From: Callorhinchus milii
Lineage: Eukaryota
NCBI RefSeq assembly: GCF_018977255.1
Contig: NW_024704742.1
Location: forward strand, 51,028,001-51,092,000
DNA length: 64,000 bases
Direction of reading: 5' to 3'
The notes beneath the pieces were generated by a model, which searched no databases, was not told the DNA's origin, and saw nothing but the letters and a program-made list of their open reading frames with translations. The number at the start of each line of letters is the position of its first letter. The stretch's first letter is position 1. This document shows positions 14,084-23,320 of the stretch, piece by piece. Made by a program: the position numbers and the translations under genes.

Positions 14084-14290
14084 CTGAATAAAAGAGAAAG
14101 AGGAGGACAATAATGAGTTCAATGCTGACTATCTTCACTATCTTTGCACCTTTACAAAATAGGGAAAGAGAAATGGGAAAGGTCATTCCACCCATTGAAC
14201 CCACTGCTTTCACAGACCATCAAACTATTATTGCCTTCATTCCATCTACTTTATCCCCTGAGGGAAACATCTGCACAGATCCTCATTAAT

Positions 14291-14892
14291 CAACAACAAC
14301 AACAAAATTACATTTGTAAAGCGCCTTTCACATCGGGAGGACGTCCCAAGGTGCTAGACAGACAGAGTTATGGACCCGAGCTGGGGGTCAGGGTTGGGGA
14401 GGGTGGAGGGCAGGGGGGGAAAACGGGGAGATCAAAAGTACAGTTGAACAGTAGGGTCTTGAGAGAGATCTTGAAGGTGGCGAGGGAGGGGGCGAGGCGG
14501 AGGGACTGCAGGATGGAGTTCCGGAAGTGGGGGCAGAGTGGCAGAAGGCCCACCCGCCAATAGTGGGTCGAGTGAGGTGGGGACGCAAAGCAGGCTGGAG
14601 TTCGCTGAGCGGAGGGAACAAACGGGAAGATAGGGGTTAGGAGGTCGCAGAGGGAGGGAGGAGCAAGACTGTGGAGGGCTTTGAAGGTGAGAACCAGGAT
14701 CTTGAACTGTATCCTCTGTGTGATGGGAAGCCAGTGGATTTGGGCAAGGATGGGGGTGATGGGGTCACGGAGCCTGGTGCGGGAGAGGACACGGGCTGCA
14801 GAGTTCTGGATGATCTGCAGCCTATGGAGGGAGGAGTTGAGGAGGCCAACAAGCAATGAGTTTGCATAGTCCAGTCTCGATGTAATGAAAGC
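14291..14892 (-). mobile_element. L2 LINE 3' fragment in a PGRP-A intron
   Basis: AFITSRLDYANSLL...QNSAARVL...HWLPITQRIQFKIL peptide; (CAA)n tail. Confidence 0.9.
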
Positions 14893-15867
14893 ATACAAAA
14901 TAAATATTTGTGTGATCATAGGAACGAGTTTCCATTCAGGTTTCTTACGAAATCTGATTAAGAAGTGCGCATGGAGAGTAATTTTGTTTGTTTGTTCATT
15001 CTTTCCTTCGTTTGTTTGTTTATTCGTTCAAAGTGATCATCTTCCTTGGGCTGGAGTAACAGACCCCCTTGCGTGAAAGTGACATGCTTGGCAATGGAAT
15101 GTCAGAATTGAGACAACCCTCTGTAGCCGTTGCAGTAATCTGGTCCTGAGCCAGTCAGGATTGCAGTTCTGCAGCCCTGCTGATGACAGACCAGTCAATG
15201 TGGCTCAGAGGTATCAGTAAGACCTGGGCAGACAGACTTAAGGCATGGAATTTCTTAAGAAAATGCTGGGCCAGGGATTCTTCCCACTCAGCTCAGTTAA
15301 CCCTACAAGTCAAAGTCCTCATAGGTAGGATGGACCTAACTGGACAAGCAGCAGGAAAGCTTGCTAGTCAGTGATATCATGGCAACCAATGCTATTTTAG
15401 TTGGTTAGGCTCCAGCAGTACTACAACACACATTCTGACATCCCCAAGGTCTTGCCAACAAGGCCTAATACTCTCCAAAATTAGGTAAGCCATTGAATGA
15501 GAGAGTATTTATTCCAGTTCAGACACGGGAATTTCCATATGTAGATGGTATGCTGGAACTCTCACTCTGGCTTGGATATTCTTAAGCATTGTGATTGCTT
15601 TCATTAATTTCAGCGCAACAGAAAATTAGTACATTAAAATTTTCATAAGTCTGATCTGTATAAATCGTATAATCTCCCAGGCAGTACATCTTCCCAAGCC
15701 CTGTTCAAGAATTGTATTCTATGCAAGTTTGACATAACACACACTTTGCATAAGCCATATTAAATGTACGGTCCCAACCGATACAGCATATACCATGAAG
15801 AAAAACATTTAAACATTTTACAATGTTCATCCATAGTTGAAACAGAATTGCTTTCCCCGAGACTTAC

Positions 15868-16069
15868 CTATAGCCAATGTCACACCATTGGCGAAACTTC
15901 ATGTGATAATTCTGGATATTGCGGAGCTGCCGCTTGCAGTCCTCTGTTTTAAAGCAACGGTTGCCAGCAGTGTGGTGAATCACTATGTATGATAAAGGTG
16001 GATCTAGAGTATCAGTGCAATTAGAAGGAACATTGGTCCATTCGGAATGCTTGATTATCAGCGGGTCGC
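15868..16069 (-). CDS. PGRP-A first domain exon (xDPLIIKHSEW...IVIHHTAG...WCDIGY)
   Basis: 202 nt, cttcatag acceptor, AG|gtaagt donor; IHHT and WCDIGY motifs; same length as the PGRP-B paralogous exon. Confidence 0.93.
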
Positions 16070-16384
16070 CTATGAAGAGCACAAATCAAGGCAATGAACA
16101 AATCTCGTTTAAAAATAACACTTCTTACATTTATGAAAGTCTCCTAGCCTAAAATGAATCAAAATGACCGGAGAAGAGGCTTGTGTTATATAACTTAAAA
16201 TAAAGTCAATACCCATTCATTTTTAGTTCGATCTAAAAATGTAAAGATGATGTAATATTATTAGATTAAAATCAATTTTGTATAAATTTAACATTTGGCA
16301 GCATGTCAAATCAAAATGTAGTTCATCTTTTCTTTCTTTCTCAGGTGTCTGCACTTTTCCTGAAGGCTCTGCTCTATGCTGAGG

Positions 16385-16760
16385 TAATAATAAGAATCCT
16401 TGTATTTGATATAGCGCCTTATCATGTCTTTGAGATGTCTCAAAACGCTTCACAGAATATACTGCAAAGTGAATTGACTGTATATTTTGTGGGCAAAACA
16501 CGGCAGCCAATTGTACACAGCAGTGTCCCACAAACAGTTGTTGACCAAATTAGTATTTTTAAAAAAAATATGTTGAAGGAGTTATTACCCCAGAAAAATG
16601 ATCCGTCAAACGACTAACAACTGGGTTCCTACTTACTACTGGGTAAACAGAGGCGTGTGAATTAAGAAAACTTGCCCAACATTTCACCCTGCCCAGGAAT
16701 CGAGCCCAGGTTCTCTCGCTTGCGAGACGAATGCTCTAACCACTGAGCTACAGCACTCCA
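16385..16760 (-). mobile_element. tRNA-derived SINE, long subfamily
   Basis: Same head and tail plus an extra internal segment (agtaagtaggaaccc); flanked by a gtaataat direct repeat. Confidence 0.85.
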
Positions 16761-17708
16761 ATGTAATAATTCAGGTATTGCAATTGTCTCTAAGTCTATT
16801 GGTCTATAGAACATAGACCCATATTAGGGTTCAATTTCAATGACACCGATTTCCCTTTGATATCTTGACAAAAGTAGACATTGTTCATGTATCAGGCTAA
16901 AGAGTGAATGTAGGTCCTTGTGAAGTATCAGAATCTAACCTGTTCCTATGTCCTTGTTTGCTGGCCATGCATTCTCATTTTCAAGGTGGAACATATCAAC
17001 GAGGGTCAGAACCAGGCTGATATTCCCCTCACAATCCCAAGGATTTAGAGAAAAGTGCATTATCTCATCTTAGAGCAGAGACCAAATCTGGGTTTTCAGA
17101 AAAAAGGGCAGAAAACTGGGGAAAAAAATGAACAATAAAAGTATATTTTGTTGGTCTTGCTGAATGCAAATTGGTTATGTATGACGTGTGCCGACAAATA
17201 CAGACACTACACTTCACAGTAACATCTGGTGATGTGCTCTGCTGTGTCTCGAAGACATGATGAGGTGCTATATAATATGCAAGGATTATCATTAAGTTTC
17301 AGGGTCAGGAGAAGGAGTTTGAATGGAACGAGGGGTTGAACCTAGGCCCCGGGGTCGGTAAGTACCAGAACAAAAAGCTTGTGCCAATGTCCAGCCGCTG
17401 TGGGTTCAGTTCCTGTCAATTTTTTTGTTGCCTGCATGACGCAATAAGGTTTTCTTGAAACTGAACTTCTACTTTGCTGTTTTAAATTAATCATCACACA
17501 CCTTCACACTTACACAATTAGATACAGGCTTTCACGTTTAGATGTGATGGGTTATGAAGGTCTGTACACCCCTGTTACAAAGTTAACAAAGTAAAATATT
17601 TTTCATAACTTGCACCCAGCTTCTCTAACGTTCAGTACAAAGTTGATGAGGATGTCTTATCCTTTACAATAATAGTATTGAAGTAATAATAATAATAATA
17701 ATCTTACG

Positions 17709-18037
17709 TGGAGTCCTGTAGCTCAGTGGTTAGAGCACTCGCTTTGCAAGCGAGAGACCTGAGTTCAATTCCAGGCACAGGGCGAAACCTTGGGCAAGTT
17801 TCCTTACTCCATACGCCTAATAATAATCCCTCCAAAACCAAAAACAATAATAAATTGGTCATTTTCAATCTACGACTGTTTGTGGGACATTGCTGTGCGC
17901 AATTGGCTGCCGCGTTCGCCCACAAATATACAGTCAATTCACTTTACAGTTTGTTCTGTGAAGCGCTTTGGGACGTCCTCCCGACGTGAAAAGCGCTATA
18001 TCAAATGCAAGGATTATTATTATTATTATTATTATTA
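17709..18037 (+). mobile_element. tRNA-Ala-derived SINE, short subfamily, young copy
   Basis: A box TAGCTCAGTGG, ctcgc-tttgcaa-gcgag anticodon stem-loop, B box GTTCAATTCC, L2-like 3' tail and (TAT)n end. Confidence 0.9.
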
Positions 18038-19022
18038 CATTTGGTCTAACACCTTTCATGTCTGGAGGACATCCCAAAGTATTTCACAGGATGTACTGTA
18101 AAGTGCAGTGATTGTGTTAATTAAAGTATGTTTGAAAAATGATCACCTTGTATTTATGATTGTGCTTACTTTTTGATATATCAATGGTTTCTTTCAATAA
18201 TTGCCACAAATATAAGACTTGCAATATCACACTGCACCAGTAACCTGACTCTGGTGTACATACTGCATAGGAACATGGAACATAGCAATTGCTAGCCAAA
18301 GAGAGATCAAGTTCCATTTATTCCACCTTCTACATCCTGGTAGTCGCTATAATAATGGAGATGTTGATAGCAATTAATTCTGTATGGATTAGTCTACCAT
18401 CACATTGGAAAGCTTTGGAAACCTTATATCCAAAGTTACCTAGTTCTTCCAAGGATACTCCACTCATCATGTCTCAAATTACTCATATACTGTATCCCAG
18501 AATATTATTTTATGCATATGAGCTGCCTACCTTGTACTGCAAAGAGGATTCCAGAGAACACAAGGAGCACCTTCATTTTCTAAAGTAAATAGAGAGACAA
18601 TTCAATAGATAGCCCTAAAAACATAATTTTGTAAAAAGTCAATAGAATAAATTGAATATTGTACACATATTTACAATTATCACCTTTGTATGAAAGACCC
18701 AATAATCAACAAGAATGAATTTTGGGGTATTTCAAACTACTACAGAAATAACATGTTACATTATTTAATTTAATCCTTGCATTTAATGTTGTGCCTTATC
18801 GCGTTATCGAGACGTCTCTAAGTGTTTCACAGTGAACTGAACCTGAACTCAAACTTGTGCCAATATCCAGACACTGTGGGTTCAGTTCCTTTCTAGTCTG
18901 AATAATTCAGTTGCTCACTGGAAAAAACCTCACTGAACCATTAAGTGATGTTATTTGGAAAATCCATAACATCAGCCATGATACCTTGTAAATCAGATGT
19001 CCTTGTAGGACTGCATCCTATT

Positions 19023-19337
19023 ATAATAATAATCCTTGCATTTGATATAGCGCTTTTCATGTCTTCTAGACGTCTCAAAGCGCTTCACGGAATATGCTGT
19101 AAAGTGAATTGACCGTATATTTGTGGGCGAAACGCAGCAGCCAATTGCTCACAGCAGTGTCCCACAAGCAGTCGTGGATTGAAAATGACCAATTTATTAT
19201 TGTTTTGTTTTGGAGGGATTATTATTAGGCTCTGTGTGGAGTAAGGAAACTTGCCCAAGGTTTCGCCCTGCCTGGAATTGAACCCAGGTGTCTCGCTTGC
19301 AAAGCGAGTGCTCTAAACACTGAGCTACAGGACTCCA
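19023..19337 (-). mobile_element. tRNA-derived SINE, short subfamily
   Basis: Reverse complement of the 17709 element over its full length. Confidence 0.9.
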
Positions 19338-20433
19338 TAATAAGAATAAGAATTTTAGAATAAGAATATTCTTATTCTCGAGAAGCCACAGGTTTCTCTT
19401 TACAAATATTATACCTAGAGGCATTCTATAATTCTTCGGATGAGACCTTAAGATGAGGTCCTGTCTGCCTGTTCAGGTGGACATTAAAGATCCCATGCCA
19501 TTGTTCTGAAAGAAGTGTTTAAAATTAGATTTGGGAGATTTGGATGCAGGCAAATTTAAAAATAATAACACATCGCTTTAAAACAAGCATAACAAAAGTA
19601 AATATGAGTGCAATTATTTTTGTAGAAGGATGAAAGGCATGTGGTACAATTTGTTGCACATATTATTGAACAAGAAGATATAAAAAGTTTCAAAAAACAA
19701 GTTTCAGGAAATTAAAATCAGTCAGGTTTATCAGATACTGAGATTGATGGATTGAAGGAATCCTTGGGATATTAGATAGCAGGTGACTCAGATGGTCTAT
19801 CCTGCCTGAGACTGTTACTGTATGTAGTACATGCATTCTTTCCTGCAGTATTATTAGCTAGCTCAGCATATGCCAGCAGAGGGCATCACTATATTTCAAT
19901 ACCTCCTGGGCACATCTCTGCAAATATAGTAAAGCGACTTTAGTAACAAGCTAGGAAATTTGCAAACTCAAATCCATGAGCAACCTACTTTAGAAGAGCA
20001 TCTGAAGTTCCACCACATTTGCTATCCGGGGTAAACTGATAGCAGACACAGCAGATATTCTACTGAGGGGTTTATTTTCCATTTGTTAGGGAACTTGCCA
20101 AACTTGCGCTACAAATCGATCATTCTACAATACAACATTGGCATCCCTCACCTTTCACTTTTACCAACCCAGCCATTCCCTTCAGTTAGACAACCCTGAC
20201 CTACTCCATAGCCCCCACTCTATTTGCCCCAACCATCAGCAGGAGGACTTTCTGTCACTTTCTGTCTCTGGAGCTCCATTCCCAGGTCCCTCTGACTTGC
20301 TCCCTTCCTCCTTCTCTCTTTCAAGGTACACCTCAAAACATACCTTGTTATCTGTGATTTCAGTCATCTTTCCCCTCCTCATCCCCTTCATCCGTGATTT
20401 CAGTCATCTTTCCCCTCTTCATCCCCTTCATTG

Positions 20434-20758
20434 TGGAGTCCTGTAGCTCAGTGGTTAGAGCACTCGCTTTGCAAGTGAGAGACCTGAGTTCAATTCCAGG
20501 CAGGGCGAAACCTTGGGCAAGTTTCCTTACTCCACACGCCTAATAATAATCCCTCCAAAACCAAAAACAATAATAAATTGGTCATTTTCAATCTACGACT
20601 GTTTGTGGGACATTGCTGTGCGCAATTGGCTGCCGTGTTCGCCCACAAATATACAGTCAATTCACTTTACAGTGTGTTCTGTGAAGCGCTTTGGGACGTC
20701 CTCCCGACGTGAAAAGCGCTATATCAAATGCAAGGAGTATTATTATTATTATTATTAT
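20434..20758 (+). mobile_element. tRNA-derived SINE, short subfamily, young copy inserted in an old L2 3' end
   Basis: Near-identical to 17709-18037. Confidence 0.9.
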
Positions 20759-21082
20759 CTCCCACCCTCAGCTCCTGTACCCAGTCAGAATTATCAAGAT
20801 CTTTGGGACGTCCTCCATGCATGAAAGGCAATTTATACGTAAGTGTAAACTTCCCCATTCCCCCACCCACATAAATTATATTGTAACGTGACAACCAAAA
20901 ACCTTTTCAATAACACCTTTTCAATAAAAATACATGTAACATAATGCAACATCAAATAGATTCTAATAACTTCACTTAATATAACAACTCCTTGACATCA
21001 GTGTATCAAAAAATAAAACGGGACAGAGCTTTAATCATTGGCTCTAACCCCTATAAAATGAATTCAGTTTGATGCAGTGCTG

Positions 21083-21458
21083 CACCAGATCTAAAGGTAA
21101 ATTTCTGTTTTACATAGAGGGTTGTGATTATATCGCTGTCATTTTGTGCAATTAAAACAATAAGCTCTTACAAATACAAACAAAACACAAAATACTGCAG
21201 ATGCTGGAATCCAGGTGTTGCCTGACCTGCTGAATTTCCTACCCCTCTCTGTTTTTCTTTAAGCTCTTACAAATATGTTGGTTCAGTGTCAGGTCATACG
21301 GTGAGGAAGCAAGGTCTTCGTATGAGCCATCAGCTCTGATGACTCACAGGGAGTATTACATCATTCACCATCAGTTTAATGTAATATAATCAGCACACCC
21401 ATGAATGGAATTGAAACAAGACCAACAGGAATGATTCAACACATCTAGAAACATCAAT
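21083..21458. promoter_or_regulatory. Duplicated upstream block of PGRP-A (candidate enhancer/promoter)
   Basis: Nearly identical to 37107-37393 apart from an 83-bp insertion with its target-site duplication and an ~11-bp indel; contains TTGTGCAAT, GAGGAAG, TGACTCA and TTACATCA. Confidence 0.55.
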
Positions 21459-21944
21459 GATACTAATCCTTGCATTTGGTATAGCGCCTTATCACGTCGT
21501 TGAGACGTCTCAATACAATCCCAGGATTTTGGGAGCAGATTAACATACCGAATGGTGGGATGGGGAGGGGAAAATATCACTAAAAGTCCAGTCAAAGAGT
21601 TAGGTCTTGATGTGGCTGGAAAGAGGGGAAGGAGGGAGTGAGTGGGAGGCATTCTGAGAATGGAGCTCCAGAGAGTGGGGGCAAAATGAGGCAAATGGGT
21701 TGGCGGGGATATGAAACAAATTGAAGTTTGCTGAGCAAAGGGAATGGCTGGGTCGGGAGGTCGCAGAGGTAGGATGGGGAGGGGGGAGTGAAGGACATAG
21801 AGGAGTTTCTCACTGGGGAAAAAGGGAGCTTAATGTGAGGCCAGGCTCAGCACTCTGTGTTTCTCCTCGGTTCCCCCTCAGCACCCGAGGGAGACTCCAA
21901 TCATCCGTCCTGACAGTAAACCACAAAAAATTGCCCTCACTAAC

Positions 21945-22380
21945 CCTCTCTCTCATGCTCTCTCTCTCTCTCTCTCTCTCACTCTCTCTCACTCTCTCTC
22001 AATCACTCTCTCTATCCCCTCTCTCTCCCTCTCTCGCACCCACTCCCTCACACTCTCTCGCTCTCTCGCACACTCTTTCTCTCAATTACTCTCTATCACT
22101 CCCCCCCTCACACCCTCTCTCCCACTCACTGTCACTCTCTCCCAGTCACACACTCTCTCGCACACATGTTCTCTCCCTCTCTCTCCTCTCTCTCACTCCT
22201 CACTCACATACACACACTCTCTCTTTCTCCCCCCTCACACACTCTCTCTGCTCTCTCACTGTCTCTCTGCTCTCTCCCGCTTTCTCTCTCTGCTCCCTCC
22301 CTCCCAGTCTCTTTCTCTTTCTATCAGACACTCTTTCTTTCTCATCTCTGTCTCCCCCTCACTCAGGGTTGCTCACTGTC
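21945..22380. repeat. CT/CA-rich low-complexity tract
   Basis: Degenerate (CT)n/(CA)n. Confidence 0.9.
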
Positions 22381-22557
22381 TAGCAGCGGCAGAAGCCGTC
22401 AGTGAGGAGGACGGGGTGGGTGGGGAGACCCTCTTACCTTTCCCTCAGTTCGGGGAGAGACTTCTTGACAGACGGTAGGTAGCGCATTGAGACACTTTGC
22501 TGGGGTCTGTCAGGAAATCCCTCTGGAGCTGAGGAAAAGGCAAGCGTTTCTCCTCAC

Positions 22558-23320
22558 TTGCCCCCTCCTACCTCTCTGACACCCTACCAACCTGTCCGCT
22601 CCCTCCATTCGTCGGGCTCCGGTCTGCTCCATGTCTCCCGCCCGACCCGCCCTACCATTGTGGCTGAGCTTTCAGCCTCTCTACTTCCACACTCTGGAAC
22701 TCTATCCTACGGTCCCTTCGCCTCACTCCCTCCCTTGCGTCCTTCAAGGCCGATCTCAAGACCCTTCTCTTCGACCGTGCCTTTGGTCTCCCTCCCACCT
22801 CTCTGCCTTCCCTCACTCCTACCCCACCCCTTCCCCATGCTCAGGCCCCGACACCTGACTGTTCAGTGCTTTGGGATGTCCTCCCTACGTGAAAGGCGCT
22901 CTATAAATGCAATTTTGTTGTTGTTGTTTGAGGGTTCTCGACTTCAAGATCCTCACACTCGTGTTCAAATCCCTTCACTCTCTGGCACCTCCCTACCTCT
23001 CCAACCTCGTCACCCCCCAATCCACCACCTGTCGTCTCCCCTCGACTGGCACTGGCCTCCTGCTCGTCCCTCGCACCCTCCGCTCCACTATCGGAGGTTG
23101 TTTCAGCTACAACACCCCAAAACTCTGGAACACTTTCCCTCAATACCTCTGCCTTGCCCCCTCTCTCCCCTTTTTCAAGTCTCACCTGAAAACCTTCTTC
23201 TTCGACTGCGCTTAAGGCTCCTTCCTCCGCCCCTCCACCGGCTTGTTCTCAGGCTCCGCTACTATTAAGCAATTAGAAATGCTAGGCTGCGTGGAAGACA
23301 CTATATAAGTACAACTTGTT
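22558..23320 (+). mobile_element. Two tandem L2 3' fragments
   Basis: DFKILTLVFKSLHSLAPPYL peptide; L2 tail motif ggcgctctataaatgca and (TTG)n. Confidence 0.8.

Noticed and set aside
13986..14213. Hydrophobic 75-aa ORF duplicated at 30534-30782
   Set aside because: Alternative frame across the PGRP middle exon and its conserved intron; the PGRP frame with canonical splice sites explains it.
16345..16383. Plus-strand 39-nt exon-like segment (polypyrimidine-cag...GAG|gtaat)
   Set aside because: No partner exons or homology; the donor overlaps a SINE target-site repeat.
17710..17785. tRNA-Ala(TGC)-like gene (also at 20435 and on the minus strand near 19337)
   Set aside because: No proper acceptor stem, and it continues into a multi-copy body with a LINE-type tail, so it is a SINE head.
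18680..18745. Candidate PGRP-A leader exon (FLLIIGSFIQ on the minus strand)
   Set aside because: No in-frame ATG and wrong splice phase.
21721..22383. 220-aa Ser/Leu-rich ORF
   Set aside because: Product of the CT-rich low-complexity tract.
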